Sequence record: NC_019399.1 | Length of the DNA: 64,000 bases | Source of the DNA: Escherichia phage vB_EcoM_ACG-C40 | Strand: one strand, 5' to 3' | Part shown: piece by piece, positions 31,129 through 41,451 of the stretch | How the letters are laid out: each line of letters starts with the position of its first letter | Position numbering within the stretch: position 1 is the stretch's first letter | Position numbers and translations under genes: made by a program | Notes under the pieces: generated by a model | Databases searched by the model: none | Told to the model about the DNA's origin: nothing | What the model saw: the letters and a program-made list of their open reading frames with translations, nothing else

Positions 31129-32088
31129 TCACTTCCACTGCATTTCACATGCCAATTGAATGAAAAGATATGCTAAATGTAATTCAGTATTAGCCGCAAT
31201 TCCATGATACTGGTTATTTTCGCCGACAATTTCATACATACGAATAATACTTTGCGGAGTTACGCGTGTATAGATTTCTTCGGCAAGTTTACCTACGAAC
31301 CACGAATAATCAGCTGCATATTTTGGTGCTAAAGCTCTGAGTTGTTTAACATCTTTATTTTTGAGAGACTCAAGAACATCATCAATAGCACCACGATCGT
31401 TAGTAACCAGTGATAAAATACCAGCATCCAAAACACCTTTAGATGAATAACTATCGAGCTCGCCAATAGTTTTACGAAAATCAGGAAAATTCTTTTTAAC
31501 CAAAGCTGCTACAACTTTCATATCAGCTATAGCAATTCCTTCACGCTTGCAAATTTCAGTCAATCGACGAATCATCTGCTTCATCATTTCAATTTTATCT
31601 TCATCGGTCGGTTGACCGAATGTAATAACTCGGCAGCGTGACTGAAGCGGTTTAATAATACCATCAATATTGTTAGCAGTAATAATAATACTACAGTTTG
31701 AGCTATAAGCTTCCATAAAGGAACGAAGATGTCGCTGAGACTCTGCTAACCCTGAGCGGTCAAATTCATCAATAACAATTACTTTTTGACGACCATCAAA
31801 TGAAGCGGCGCTGGCAAAATTAGTCAAAGGACCACGAACGAAATCAATTTTACAATCTGATCCGTTCACAAACATCATATCAGCATTTACATCATGACAC
31901 AATGCTTTTGCTACAGTTGTTTTACCTGTTCCTGGAGAAGGAGAATGAAGAATAATATGTGGAATCTTACCTTTACTTGTAATAGATTTAAAGGTTTCTT
32001 TATCAAAGGCGGGAAGAATACATTCATCGATAGTAGATGGACGATATTTCTGTTCAAGAATGTGTTCTTTTTCATTTACGGTAATCAT
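31129..32088 (-). CDS. 44: clamp loader ATPase gp44 (319 aa)
   Basis: Walker [11 protein letters not shown]; starts MITVNEKEH at ATG 32088; track start 32103 is TTG. Confidence 0.93.
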   Translation of the reverse strand: MITVNEKEHILEQKYRPSTIDECILPAFDKETFKSITSKGKIPHIILHSPSPGTGKTTVAKALCHDVNADMMFVNGSDCKIDFVRGPLTNFASAASFDGRQKVIVIDEFDRSGLAESQRHLRSFMEAYSSNCSIIITANNIDGIIKPLQSRCRVITFGQPTDEDKIEMMKQMIRRLTEICKREGIAIADMKVVAALVKKNFPDFRKTIGELDSYSSKGVLDAGILSLVTNDRGAIDDVLESLKNKDVKQLRALAPKYAADYSWFVGKLAEEIYTRVTPQSIIRMYEIVGENNQYHGIAANTELHLAYLFIQLACEMQWK

Positions 32089-32120
32089 AATTTCCTCATT
32101 CAAGTTTTAGTGTAAATTAT

Positions 32121-32138
32121 AAAGGGCCGAAGCCCTTT
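32121..32138 (-). terminator. intrinsic terminator downstream of gene 45
   Basis: AAAGGGC-UUCG-GCCCUUU followed by AUAAUUU. Confidence 0.6.
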
Positions 32139-32139
32139 A

Positions 32140-32826
32140 TTAAAAATCGTGGGTAGAATCAGCTTCAAGAGCTACCACATAATTCGCGTGTTCACCTTCA
32201 AATTTAGCAGCACCTTGTTTACCTTTTGCCCAGAGCAGAAGTTTATAATTTCCTGGTTGCATTTTCATATTTGCCATATTGATAATGAAATTAAATGTAT
32301 TTTCACCATCATAATCACCAAGAGTCAAAGAATATTTAACACGGGTCAGAGCAGAATCTTCTACTTTATTAAAACCGTTAATTACGATTTTACCTTCTTT
32401 TACCGTGATAGCAATTGTATCAATTTGCAGACCACGAGATACACGCAACAGTTGTTGAAGGTCTTCAGCTTTAATTTCAGTAACAACAGATGCTACCGGG
32501 AATGGAATTGGTTTATTAGGAGCAACTACTGTACTCGGATCGGCTGCTGGCCAAAAAATTGTTGAGCGGGCATCAGCAATTTTAATATTTCCATCTTCTG
32601 ACTGGGAAATTTCTGCATCATCATTAACTAGAGACAGAATACCGAGAAAACCGTTCAAATCGTAAATTGCTACATCAAAATCAATAACGTCAGAAATATT
32701 TGCTTCCGCATAAGTTGTACCATTAACTGCGCGAGTCATAATAAATTGACCGGATTTAAGCATAATGCCAGAGTTAATAGTAGCGAAATTTTTAAGCAGA
32801 GCAGTAGTATCTTTAGACAGTTTCAT
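32140..32826 (-). CDS. 45: sliding clamp gp45 (228 aa)
   Basis: Length and sequence match T4 gp45; middle promoter upstream, terminator downstream. Confidence 0.93.
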   Translation of the reverse strand: MKLSKDTTALLKNFATINSGIMLKSGQFIMTRAVNGTTYAEANISDVIDFDVAIYDLNGFLGILSLVNDDAEISQSEDGNIKIADARSTIFWPAADPSTVVAPNKPIPFPVASVVTEIKAEDLQQLLRVSRGLQIDTIAITVKEGKIVINGFNKVEDSALTRVKYSLTLGDYDGENTFNFIINMANMKMQPGNYKLLLWAKGKQGAAKFEGEHANYVVALEADSTHDF

Positions 32827-32855
32827 GTAATTTCCTTCAATTCAAATGAGATTTA

Positions 32856-32881
32856 ATTTTATAACTAATTAAATAAAGCAA
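32856..32881 (-). promoter_or_regulatory. MotA-dependent middle promoter upstream of gene 45
   Basis: MotA box TTGCTTTA, 12-bp spacer, -10 TAAAAT. Confidence 0.6.
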
Positions 32882-33271
32882 TTAACGATTAAAATCAGCT
32901 GCGATTGTTTCGGCAACAATTTGAGCAGCAACAATCAGACGTTCATCTGCATTGCCGCAATATTCATCTTCAAGGCGTTCACCACATGAAGTCATAATAA
33001 ATTTAGCACCGGCGTTTAGAGATTCTGTAGTATGTTTGCGCATTAGTTCAATCCATTTATTACTTACTTCACGATCGATAGCTTCATAATACGCATGACG
33101 AGCAGGTGCAGATTTAATTTTGTTCTGAATAACTTCCATTGCGTTATCAGAAAGAGACAAAACCCATGCTCGACGAATTTTATTTTGGTTTTGTGGATTT
33201 GATTCAGAACGCACGTGTTTTGGCTGAATATCTTTTACATCAACAGTATAATTCACAGTAATTTTAGTCAT
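32882..33271 (-). CDS. rpbA: RNA polymerase binding protein RpbA (129 aa)
   Basis: Size and position upstream of gene 45. Confidence 0.7.
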   Translation of the reverse strand: MTKITVNYTVDVKDIQPKHVRSESNPQNQNKIRRAWVLSLSDNAMEVIQNKIKSAPARHAYYEAIDREVSNKWIELMRKHTTESLNAGAKFIMTSCGERLEDEYCGNADERLIVAAQIVAETIAADFNR

Positions 33272-33280
33272 AATACACCT

Positions 33281-33469
33281 TTAGTCATAATAATCAGTAA
33301 CAGTCCAAGCTTCATTTCTATTGGACATTATTTTTGTATATTCTGATTTAAATGCATTCCTAAGCATAGATTCAGTAACTATATGCTCTTCATTAGAAAA
33401 ATTATTTCTCAGAATATATCGTTTTATTTCAGGAATAGTTAATAGATGCTGTCCAGTTGAATATTCCAT
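33281..33469 (-). CDS. hypothetical protein (62 aa)
   Basis: ATG after GGAGGA; middle promoter upstream. Confidence 0.5.
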   Translation of the reverse strand: MEYSTGQHLLTIPEIKRYILRNNFSNEEHIVTESMLRNAFKSEYTKIMSNRNEAWTVTDYYD

Positions 33470-33486
33470 GTTTTTCCTCCATAGAG

Positions 33487-33511
33487 ATTATACTCTAATA
33501 AATTAAAGCAT
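33487..33511 (-). promoter_or_regulatory. MotA-dependent middle promoter upstream of 33281..33469
   Basis: MotA box ATGCTTTA, 11-bp spacer, -10 TATAAT. Confidence 0.55.
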
Positions 33512-33524
33512 AATCTCTTATAAA

Positions 33525-35207
33525 TTAAACCATTACAGTAAATCGACCAACTTTCTTCATTTGAAGATGCTGACCATATTCTTGCGGGTCATGGTCTTTA
33601 TGCGAAATTATAAAAACATTAGTGTTTTTCATTGAATTTATAATATTAGCTACACCTTTAATACCTTCGGCATCAAATGACCCATCAAACACTTCATCAA
33701 GAATTAATGTACTAATACTAACACCAGATACGATAGAAGCAATATCACGCCAAGTAAATAAAAGAGCAATATCAATTCGTGCCTTTTCACCTTCACTAAA
33801 TGAAGCATAACTAAAATCTTCACGACCACGGGATTTAATTGTCTCATTAAATTCTTCATCTAATGTAAACACATAATCCGCTTCCATTATTTTAAGATAA
33901 TGGTTAATCTGCTTATTAAATAATGGAATGTACTTTTTAATAATAGCACCTTTAATACCAGAATCTTTGAGCATATCAGTCAAAATTCCTCGGTGGTATT
34001 TTTCCATTACTAAATTAGTTTTTGTCTTAACAATTTTATCAAGTTCTTCTTGAAGCAGTGCTATTTCATCAGCATGGTCAATAAACTCAGAAGATGCTTT
34101 TTCTATAGCCGCTTTAACCTTTTTAGCTTTATCTACTGCTGCGATCAGAGATTGCTTTTTATTGCGAATATCATTTGCCAACGACTGTTGGGTTTTAATA
34201 TTATCTCGGTATTCATCAACAAGAACTTTTAAATTATCACGGTGTGTTGAAAGCTGTTCAAACGAATGCGTACATTCAGAAACTTTATCTTTAATTTTAG
34301 AAACAACTTTATCACCGGAACTCAATTGTGACAAACAGGTTGGACATAATCCACCTTCGTGATACATATTAATGACTTTATTATACGAGTCAATTTTTGA
34401 TTTAATTAAAACTGCTTCTTGACCGATTTTATTAAATGCATCAGTCGGGTCTTCATCTAAAACAATATTAACTAATCTTTCATTAGCTTTTTCTATTTCC
34501 GATTTTAGCGTTCTAGCTTCTTTTGCCAAATCATCATACATATTTTGCAGACGAGTAAGATTGTCACCCGTTAATTTTTTCTGGCGTTCAACGTTATCAT
34601 TATATATTTTAATTTGTTGGATAATACTATCTTTTTTAACTTCAAGCACTTGGTTTTGTGAATTTAATTCACGTATTAGTGCTTTATTAAGCTTATCCAT
34701 TTCAGCTAATGTTCCTACCTCAAGCAGGTCTTCCACAAGCTTTCTTCGCGCAGGGGTCGACAAACCCATGAAAGGGGTATACCCTGCTGTACCAAGGACA
34801 ACAATCTGCTTGAAACTGGCATATGACATTCCGATAAGCTGTTCAAATTCTGCTTGGAAATCTTTACTGCTGGCAGATTCATTAAGACGTGTACCGTTAA
34901 CGGTGATTTCGAAAACGTTTGGTTTTTGTCCTCTTTTGATATAGTACTTTTTCTCATCATATTCCATCCACAGTTCAACTAAAAGTTCTTTCTTATTTGT
35001 GCTGTTTATTAATTGACCTTTCTTTACATCACGAAATGGCTTGCCAAAAAGCCCAAATGTGATGGCTTCTAGCATAGTAGACTTACCACCGCCATTTCGT
35101 CCAGTAATAAGAGTTTTTTGAACCTTATCTAATTGAATGTCAATCCCATTTTGACCAACTGACATTATATTTTTATATTTTACTCTATTAAGTTTAAAAT
35201 TCTTCAC
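33525..35207 (-). CDS. 46: recombination endonuclease subunit gp46 (Rad50/SbcC-like, 560 aa)
   Basis: Walker A GRNGGGKST, coiled coil, CPTC zinc hook; GTG start after AAGGAA. Confidence 0.9.
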   Translation of the reverse strand: MKNFKLNRVKYKNIMSVGQNGIDIQLDKVQKTLITGRNGGGKSTMLEAITFGLFGKPFRDVKKGQLINSTNKKELLVELWMEYDEKKYYIKRGQKPNVFEITVNGTRLNESASSKDFQAEFEQLIGMSYASFKQIVVLGTAGYTPFMGLSTPARRKLVEDLLEVGTLAEMDKLNKALIRELNSQNQVLEVKKDSIIQQIKIYNDNVERQKKLTGDNLTRLQNMYDDLAKEARTLKSEIEKANERLVNIVLDEDPTDAFNKIGQEAVLIKSKIDSYNKVINMYHEGGLCPTCLSQLSSGDKVVSKIKDKVSECTHSFEQLSTHRDNLKVLVDEYRDNIKTQQSLANDIRNKKQSLIAAVDKAKKVKAAIEKASSEFIDHADEIALLQEELDKIVKTKTNLVMEKYHRGILTDMLKDSGIKGAIIKKYIPLFNKQINHYLKIMEADYVFTLDEEFNETIKSRGREDFSYASFSEGEKARIDIALLFTWRDIASIVSGVSISTLILDEVFDGSFDAEGIKGVANIINSMKNTNVFIISHKDHDPQEYGQHLQMKKVGRFTVMV

Positions 35208-35467
35208 AAAAGATTCCTTTTAATGTATCTTTTAGACCATTCTATCATATCATCATAATCTAAAAAGTATTCATCAAATTCAGCCATGCAAACAACACCT
35301 TGTGCTGTTTTTGATGTAATATAAATTATTCCAACATATCTAGAATCTTCTTCGGTATAATCAATGTTTGCTATGAATTCATCGTTAATGTCAAATGTCG
35401 AAAACTTCACAGTATGCATCCTTAATACAAGATACAGCCATATCTCGTAATGATTTAGGTGTGTCAT
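35204..35467 (-). CDS. hypothetical protein (46.1 position)
   Basis: ATG start; overlaps next ORF by 77 nt, start uncertain. Confidence 0.4.
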   Translation of the reverse strand: MTHLNHYEIWLYLVLRMHTVKFSTFDINDEFIANIDYTEEDSRYVGIIYITSKTAQGVVCMAEFDEYFLDYDDMIEWSKRYIKRNLL

Positions 35468-35654
35468 TATCTAAAATGTTGAAGTTAAAAGATACAGCCC
35501 AGTCAGTGCAGACCGTGACCTTTTTAATACAATTATCTTCAACTTCTAGTGGTTCAAACCAATATTCAATAATTTCTTTATGCCCAATATCATCTTTTAC
35601 TTCGCATTCAAAATGCTGACTCATCATAACATTTTTAAATTCATCAAAAGTCAT
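35391..35654 (-). CDS. hypothetical protein (46.2 position)
   Basis: ATG start; 4-nt overlap with gene 47. Confidence 0.45.
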   Translation of the reverse strand: MTFDEFKNVMMSQHFECEVKDDIGHKEIIEYWFEPLEVEDNCIKKVTVCTDWAVSFNFNILDNDTPKSLRDMAVSCIKDAYCEVFDI

Positions 35655-36670
35655 TGTGTTGCCTCTACATATAACTGATTTGCATATTGAATAAGTGCTT
35701 CACGGTCAGAATCGGTGATGTCTGGAATTGCATTAATGTATTCTTCCATCAATGTCTGAAGCGATTGAACTTCAACTTCTTCACTGTCATCTGACTCGAC
35801 AGAGTTATCAATCTTTGACACAACTCGTAATGAATGCACAACTTTTTCTAGTTCAGATTCGAACTTCGTCAGATTTTTGTCTACTTCAGTTACTATAACA
35901 CGTACTGATAGATTTGTAAAATCTTTATAGTCAATTTTTCCTTTAAATGGATAATGAATTCTACGATGCCAGGTAGTATTGTTTGGAATAAATTCCATTC
36001 GTTCTGTTTCTGTATCAAACATCCAGAACCCACGAGGGTCATTCTCGTCACCTGCTGTTAGTGTCCATGGTGTCCCAATATATCTGACGTTAGCAGCCTC
36101 AGAAATAGTATGGAAGTGACCAGACCACACTTCTTTATAAGTCTTAAGGAAATCAGGTTCAAGACCATGAGATTTCATTCCTTTATAAAAATAAAATCCA
36201 TTCAGTTCCCAGTGACCAACACAAAAAGAAGCAGATGAAGTTTTGATATGCTCAAGAATTTCACCAGTATTTTCTTCGCACATCCAAGGAATCAAATCAA
36301 TCAAACATCCGTCAAAATCTACTGTAGTAGGCTTATCATATACTTTAACATTAGGATATTTAGCCAAAAGCTCAGTAGAGGCATTTGGATGCATTACATT
36401 TTTGTAGTGAAGATCGTGATTTCCTACAATAGTATGTAATGTGATTCCAGCACCATCAAGCATTTGAACTATTTCACGGGCAAACTCCATAGTTTTATGC
36501 GTGATTGCTTTTCGCACATCAAAAATATCACCGTATTGAATCCAGGTAGTAATTCCATTTTTCTTAGAATATTCTATTGCTTGTTTAATTCCATCAATTT
36601 GAATACCGCGAATCCACTCATCATCAGCTTTAACGCCTAAATGCCAATCACCTAAATTTAAAATTTTCAT
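35651..36670 (-). CDS. 47: recombination nuclease subunit gp47 (Mre11/SbcD-like, 339 aa)
   Basis: Phosphoesterase motifs GDWH, GNHD; length matches T4 gp47. Confidence 0.9.
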   Translation of the reverse strand: MKILNLGDWHLGVKADDEWIRGIQIDGIKQAIEYSKKNGITTWIQYGDIFDVRKAITHKTMEFAREIVQMLDGAGITLHTIVGNHDLHYKNVMHPNASTELLAKYPNVKVYDKPTTVDFDGCLIDLIPWMCEENTGEILEHIKTSSASFCVGHWELNGFYFYKGMKSHGLEPDFLKTYKEVWSGHFHTISEAANVRYIGTPWTLTAGDENDPRGFWMFDTETERMEFIPNNTTWHRRIHYPFKGKIDYKDFTNLSVRVIVTEVDKNLTKFESELEKVVHSLRVVSKIDNSVESDDSEEVEVQSLQTLMEEYINAIPDITDSDREALIQYANQLYVEATQ

Positions 36671-36807
36671 ATATCAAGAACCGTCATTGAAATGCAAAAT
36701 AAAATTATTGAAATAAATCCATCTGGAGTGCTAAAGAACCCAATCCAACATGCTCTAGTGAATAGATAAAATGCAAGAAAAAGTATCACATATCCAAGAA
36801 ATATCAT
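36667..36807 (-). CDS. small membrane protein (46 aa), not in the ORF track
   Basis: ATG 36807 after GGAG; TGA overlaps gene 47 ATG; MIFLGYVILFLAFYLF... Confidence 0.45.
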   Translation of the reverse strand: MIFLGYVILFLAFYLFTRACWIGFFSTPDGFISIILFCISMTVLDI

Positions 36808-36830
36808 TATATCAAACTCCGTATAAAGCT

Positions 36831-36848
36831 AAAGGGCCGAAGCCCTTT
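36831..36848 (-). terminator. intrinsic terminator downstream of alpha-gt
   Basis: Same 21-nt hairpin as at 32121; overlaps alpha-gt stop codon. Confidence 0.6.
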
Positions 36849-38049
36849 ATTTTGTAATAATGTCAAACTGTTCTTTAAAGCAGAAGCTTGAATCTTGATG
36901 CTGATACAAAAATTCATATGCTTTTTCTCGCTCACGGTCATAAAGAGCTCGGTCAGATGACAGTTCTTTAATACGTTCAAATGTTGATTCCATGTCATTT
37001 TCATCAAACCAAATGATACCGCTATCATGCGAGGTCAAAGGAGTATTATCAACACGGAATTTTAAATTTTCGCCAGTAGATTTCCAGAAAACAGGAATTG
37101 TACCGCAAGCACCTAATTCAAGATGAGTATATTCTAAAGAACGTTGTAGATATTTTTTATCCAACTTACTCAACTGATAACCAAAACCGGATTTACTCAT
37201 ACGTTCAAGCATTTCGCTATTTACATAACGGTCAAGAATTTGCGTTGGCAAATTAGGAGCAATTTTAATTTGGTCTACTTGATGAAGACGATAATACTCG
37301 TATGGAATTCCTTTTTCTTTAATAAGAATGAACGCTGGAGAACGTTCCAGACCTTCCATAATAGTACTTAGTCCTGCAGGTTTAAGATGTTTTTCATGAA
37401 AATCAAACATCTGATAAAAACCTTTCCATGTAGTCGTACGACCAATCCAACGGTTGATATTCATGTTAATTTCAGAAACATCTTTCCAGTAGGTTGACCG
37501 AACCTTCGCAATATCCATAGGAGGCTGAAAGTTATATACTGTCGGTGCTTCTTCAATATCATCAAACAGAGAAACAGTTTCTGGATACCATTCTTTCATC
37601 AGAACTTTATTAAAATCACCATTATCAGAATGACTAAAAATAACATCAGCTCGACGAACAGTTTCTTCTAATCCCAAATTTCGACGCAAAGAAAGAGAAG
37701 AATGGTCATGTTGATAAACTACAACACGAATAGAAGGTTTAATATTATCTAAAAGTTTTTTATAGTTATTAATCGTGGCTTCTTGAACGGAAGTAGCAGG
37801 AACAGAATTAATAATTAGAATATCACAATCATTAATCAGTTTAAGTGCTTTATCGTATTCTTTAGCTAAAATAACTGGAATTGAAAATGATTTGTGGTCA
37901 TGAGAACTTGTACGAGTAAATGATTTATCTTTAGCATAAACCAAAGTTACTTCATGACCATTTTTAATAAACCAATCACGTTGCTCGAGTGAGAATTTTG
38001 TTACACCACAACCTTCAAGACCCCGAGCCAGAAAAATGCATACTTTCAT
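36847..38049 (-). CDS. a-gt: HMC-DNA alpha-glucosyltransferase (400 aa)
   Basis: N-terminus MKVCIFLARGLEGCGVTKFSLEQRDWF matches T4 alpha-gt as recalled. Confidence 0.88.
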   Translation of the reverse strand: MKVCIFLARGLEGCGVTKFSLEQRDWFIKNGHEVTLVYAKDKSFTRTSSHDHKSFSIPVILAKEYDKALKLINDCDILIINSVPATSVQEATINNYKKLLDNIKPSIRVVVYQHDHSSLSLRRNLGLEETVRRADVIFSHSDNGDFNKVLMKEWYPETVSLFDDIEEAPTVYNFQPPMDIAKVRSTYWKDVSEINMNINRWIGRTTTWKGFYQMFDFHEKHLKPAGLSTIMEGLERSPAFILIKEKGIPYEYYRLHQVDQIKIAPNLPTQILDRYVNSEMLERMSKSGFGYQLSKLDKKYLQRSLEYTHLELGACGTIPVFWKSTGENLKFRVDNTPLTSHDSGIIWFDENDMESTFERIKELSSDRALYDREREKAYEFLYQHQDSSFCFKEQFDIITK

Positions 38050-38073
38050 TTAATATCCTCTTTGTTTTGGTTT

Positions 38074-38098
38074 ATTTTACCAAAAATTTATAAAGCAA
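38074..38098 (-). promoter_or_regulatory. MotA-dependent middle promoter upstream of alpha-gt
   Basis: MotA box TTGCTTTA, 11-bp spacer, -10 TAAAAT. Confidence 0.55.
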
Positions 38099-38102
38099 TA
38101 TA

Positions 38103-38116
38103 GGAGCCGAAGCTCC
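38103..38116 (-). terminator. terminator-like UUCG hairpin
   Basis: GGAGC-UUCG-GCUCC directly upstream of the alpha-gt middle promoter. Confidence 0.5.
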
Positions 38117-38292
38117 TATCCACATAATACGCCATACAAAGGCTCATTAGAGCTTCTAAATTTTCTGCGCCTATATGTTATAGTTCCTTCTGCTTTAGCT
38201 TTATCGTAAGACTCTTTAAAGCGTCTCATCATTTCTACTTTAGAGGAACGAATTTTATTATAATCTATTTCAGAAGTCTGGGTGTTCATCTT

Positions 38293-38496
38293 TCATAACT
38301 GCCACCATTTTTTGACTTGATAAGAATCAACCCACACTTTCATATTAGGGTCTGCTCTTACAATAGGAGGATTAACTTCTTTAATTGAACTATCATGGTA
38401 TTCTTTTTCAGAAATTTTCACACAAAGATGACCATTCAAAGATTCAGTAAATCCTGCATTAATTTTAAGACGCTTGAATTTTACGTGTGTAAGCAT
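38293..38496 (-). CDS. hypothetical protein (67 aa)
   Basis: ATG 38496 after GAGGA; track start 38499 is TTG. Confidence 0.45.
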   Translation of the reverse strand: MLTHVKFKRLKINAGFTESLNGHLCVKISEKEYHDSSIKEVNPPIVRADPNMKVWVDSYQVKKWWQL

Positions 38497-38782
38497 CAAT
38501 CATATCCTCAATTTGCGATCTAGTAGTCTTCCAAAGAATACTGATGAGTTCATCGTTATATGGCTGTTTTAGAATATCCCGACTTTTCTTGATAGCATAT
38601 TCGTATTGAGCAAAATTATTGTTTTCAGCTGCAATCTGAGCGTGCTTATAAAGACGATTCAGTTCGCGTTTGTTTTTAGACAATAACTTATTTGCTTTTC
38701 TTTCTGCTTCAAGACGGTTCTTTTCTTCAATAGAAGAAATAAGCTTTTCCACTTCATCATTAATTTCGGGTTTATCAGTCAT
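38465..38782 (-). CDS. hypothetical protein (105 aa)
   Basis: ATG start. Confidence 0.5.
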   Translation of the reverse strand: MTDKPEINDEVEKLISSIEEKNRLEAERKANKLLSKNKRELNRLYKHAQIAAENNNFAQYEYAIKKSRDILKQPYNDELISILWKTTRSQIEDMIDAYTRKIQAS

Positions 38783-38783
38783 A

Positions 38784-39002
38784 TTATTTCTCTAATATAA
38801 AATAAAAATCATCATCTGTTAAATGATACCGATAGTTTAATTCTACACCATTAGATTTAAAAGCGGTATCATACGGATTTTCTGGGTCAATATCAATGTC
38901 AAGAGCTAAAACTTCCCTGAGATACATTTTAAGTAAATAGGGAATAGCTTCAACTTCAGGTATTTCTTCCAAGAATCCGGAGAGGTTAATCGTTAGCCTC
39001 AT
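38784..39002 (-). CDS. hypothetical protein (72 aa)
   Basis: ATG start. Confidence 0.5.
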
Positions 39003-39543
39003 ATAAAAAATCCAAACTAGGAGAATCGTCTACAACACTTTTCTTTTCAGCCCCCGGTGTTCTATAGGTTGATTCTTCGTAATGCGTCATTTTATCGTAG
39101 ATGTCTTGAATAAAAGTTTCATCTACTAACGCAACCATATCGTCGTCACGACTGTCATAGACATTGTGAACGAAGTAACTATATTTCTTTGCAACTTCCT
39201 TACGTTCTTTTTTAATACGTTGGACGAATGCATTAAAACAAGCTTGAGTTATATATGCATGTGGGTTTTTATATTTCGTTTCATCAAAATTATGAAGCCC
39301 CTTAATAGAAGCTTCTATACCATCTGCAATCATTTCTTGTTTCCAAGACTGGGTGTATCCTGAAAAGTTGAAACGTTTAGATAAGCCTTCTGCAATAAGC
39401 ATAATGGCTAATCCGATAGTATCATTCTGACGAACTACTTTATTTGGGTCTTTATTATTTGCTAATTCTGTTTTCCAATCAATAATAGCTTGTAAAAGCT
39501 CTTTATTGTTTACGTAATTATATTTAGGCTTAGTTTCTGACAT
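38986..39543 (-). CDS. 55: late-transcription sigma factor gp55 (185 aa)
   Basis: Starts [20 protein letters not shown] at ATG 39543 as in T4 gp55; track start 39549 is GTG. Confidence 0.9.
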
Positions 39544-39621
39544 TTTCACCTCTTAGCTCAATTCATAGATCTATTATATCATAATATTTGAAGATCTATC
39601 TTAAAGCATAGAGGATATCAG

Positions 39622-39891
39622 TTATCTAAGTAAGCAGTATGCTTGGAACACTTTCTCCATCATCTTTTTAAATTCATGAATATCTATGTAATGATCAGTA
39701 ATATCAGCGCGACGTAAAAAGTCTAAAAACTTTTTATGGGTGTTAGAATATGCGCTTTCATTTAATTCAGAAACATGACTTTCCCAATATCCAACACCAG
39801 TCTTATTTGGGAAAAATGAAATTCTCATGTATTGGTTAACATAGAAAATACCAAAATTTTCAATAGCAATAGAAATATCAATTAATTTCAT
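39622..39891 (-). CDS. hypothetical protein (89 aa)
   Basis: ATG start. Confidence 0.5.
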   Translation of the reverse strand: MKLIDISIAIENFGIFYVNQYMRISFFPNKTGVGYWESHVSELNESAYSNTHKKFLDFLRRADITDHYIDIHEFKKMMEKVFQAYCLLR

Positions 39892-40103
39892 ACATTCATC
39901 AACTTAGCCGCTTCAAGAGCTGCATCTAGTGAATCAAATTGGTCAACATATTCAATCAATTCGCCATAATTGGCATATAACCACCATTGGCTAAATTCAT
40001 ACTCAAGGATGAATCCGTTTCCTTCAATTTGAGTTAAACCAATGCCATTTGTATTTACTTCATACCCAGCAAGACGTAAATCGTTAATAAGAGCTTCGTT
40101 CAT
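39888..40103 (-). CDS. hypothetical protein (71 aa)
   Basis: ATG start. Confidence 0.5.
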   Translation of the reverse strand: MNEALINDLRLAGYEVNTNGIGLTQIEGNGFILEYEFSQWWLYANYGELIEYVDQFDSLDAALEAAKLMNV

Positions 40104-40105
40104 AA

Positions 40106-40432
40106 TTATACCTTAGTAATTTTCAGGTCTGCAAATTTTTTCTTGCGTTGATTTTTCATACGACGAATAGTTTTATCGGAAATTTCATGCTTTTGATAAG
40201 CTTTAGATTCTACACCAAAAGCTTTAACATCAAATTCTGACAAGATATATTGAACCAACAATTCACGGACAGTATTGCGTCCAATCTTCTGATCATTCTG
40301 TTTCATCATTTGATGAAGATCTTTTTCCCATTTATCCAAAATTTGAGGAGTTACAATATCGCCTTTTTCTAGCAAAGAAACTACTTTATCATATGCGTAA
40401 GAATTAATGACGTTTTTAATTTGAATAGTCAT
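40106..40432 (-). CDS. hypothetical protein (108 aa)
   Basis: ATG start. Confidence 0.5.
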   Translation of the reverse strand: MTIQIKNVINSYAYDKVVSLLEKGDIVTPQILDKWEKDLHQMMKQNDQKIGRNTVRELLVQYILSEFDVKAFGVESKAYQKHEISDKTIRRMKNQRKKKFADLKITKV

Positions 40433-40470
40433 ACATTATCCTCAATTACGTTAAAATTTTATTATCCAAA

Positions 40471-40486
40471 AAGGGCCGAAGCCCTT
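40471..40486 (-). terminator. terminator-like UUCG hairpin
   Basis: AAGGGC-UUCG-GCCCUU followed by U-rich tract. Confidence 0.5.
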
Positions 40487-40685
40487 AGCTAAACTTTTTG
40501 GCACCCTTCCAGCCTTCGTACATCATTGCGGCTGATATTAATATTGCTCCTGAGCAACTTGAATATTTGTGATTCCAAAACCAGTTTAGAAAAACTTCGT
40601 CATCAATACCTTGTGCTATCATATTTTCAAAGAACTGACGACGAGCTTCAGCAATTCGCTGCGATAATTTAGATTCAGGATTCAT
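40485..40685 (-). CDS. hypothetical protein (66 aa)
   Basis: ATG start; last codons run through the terminator hairpin. Confidence 0.45.
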   Translation of the reverse strand: MNPESKLSQRIAEARRQFFENMIAQGIDDEVFLNWFWNHKYSSCSGAILISAAMMYEGWKGAKKFS

Positions 40686-40817
40686 TTAAATTTCCCAATT
40701 GCCATTTTCATCAATGAATTTAATCCAGTCATTTACTGACCACTTAGTTGTATCGCCTTTTGGAGTAACATTTAAAGTATATAGCCCTTGCTTAAAAAGC
40801 ATTCGTTTGATATTCAT
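40686..40817 (-). CDS. small protein (43 aa)
   Basis: Track ORF trimmed to ATG 40817 after GAGGAAA to remove overlap. Confidence 0.4.
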   Translation of the reverse strand: MNIKRMLFKQGLYTLNVTPKGDTTKWSVNDWIKFIDENGNWEI

Positions 40818-40824
40818 ATTTTCC

Positions 40825-41118
40825 TCAGCTGTAACGATAACACTCATTTGATTTACGTTTAGCAACTCGTTGAGAAGTATTATAATCAAAATCATCGTCA
40901 ATGTAAACAGATTTTTTCAACTTTCTTACTTCACCACGTAATTGACGATTTAGCTCATCTTTAACTTCTGAATCAATGCCTTTCATTCTACGCCATTTAT
41001 CTGAGCGAAAAATGTTTTCAACCATATCTTTATGACTTACCCCATCAGGAGCTTTACGCTTTCCGAAATAGTCATAATCACGCACTTTTAAGTCTTTACG
41101 ACGATACGTTTTACCCAT
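40825..41118 (-). CDS. hypothetical basic protein (97 aa)
   Basis: Track start 41157 is GTG; ATG 41118 after AAGGAAA. Confidence 0.45.
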   Translation of the reverse strand: MGKTYRRKDLKVRDYDYFGKRKAPDGVSHKDMVENIFRSDKWRRMKGIDSEVKDELNRQLRGEVRKLKKSVYIDDDFDYNTSQRVAKRKSNECYRYS

Positions 41119-41293
41119 GGAGTTTAATTTCCTTAGCAATTGAACTAAATGCAGCACGATCGCAAATCATGCGTTTATGTAACTTGAGTATAATATAGCA
41201 AACTTCAAAACTATTTACATGAGTAACACGAACAGCATTACCATTCACGAGATAATACTGTCCCTTTTTAATTTCTTTATCAACCACAACCAT
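41111..41293 (-). CDS. hypothetical protein (60 aa)
   Basis: ATG start; early promoter upstream. Confidence 0.45.
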   Translation of the reverse strand: MVVVDKEIKKGQYYLVNGNAVRVTHVNSFEVCYIILKLHKRMICDRAAFSSIAKEIKLHG

Positions 41294-41323
41294 ATCAATT
41301 CCTCAAAGGTAATTCATGTGTTA

Positions 41324-41353
41324 ATAATACCACAGTTTGAGCTCGTTGTAAAC
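41324..41353 (-). promoter_or_regulatory. T4-type early promoter
   Basis: GTTTAC, 18 bp, TGGTATTAT; A/T-rich upstream element. Confidence 0.6.
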
Positions 41354-41434
41354 AACTTTGTGAAAATTATTTTAGGGAATGATAAGAAGGGAACGATAGC
41401 TTAAAATGATAATATACAGAATGTAAGAAAGAAA

Positions 41435-41448
41435 GGCCCAGAGGGCCC
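41435..41448 (-). terminator. intrinsic terminator downstream of nrdH
   Basis: GGGCCC-UCU-GGGCC followed by UUUCUUUCUU. Confidence 0.55.
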
Positions 41449-41451
41449 GTC

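Noticed and set aside
36807-37028. 73-aa minus ORF overlapping the 3' end of alpha-gt
   Set aside because: Out-of-frame overlap with a conserved gene; the real small gene here is 36667..36807.
38116-38232. 38-codon basic ORF in the gap upstream of alpha-gt
   Set aside because: No Shine-Dalgarno sequence; region is better explained by terminator and middle promoter.
39565-39609. Palindrome around a BglII-like site with TAAAGCAT upstream of gene 55
   Set aside because: No -10 at MotA-compatible spacing; stem is short with a long AT-rich loop.
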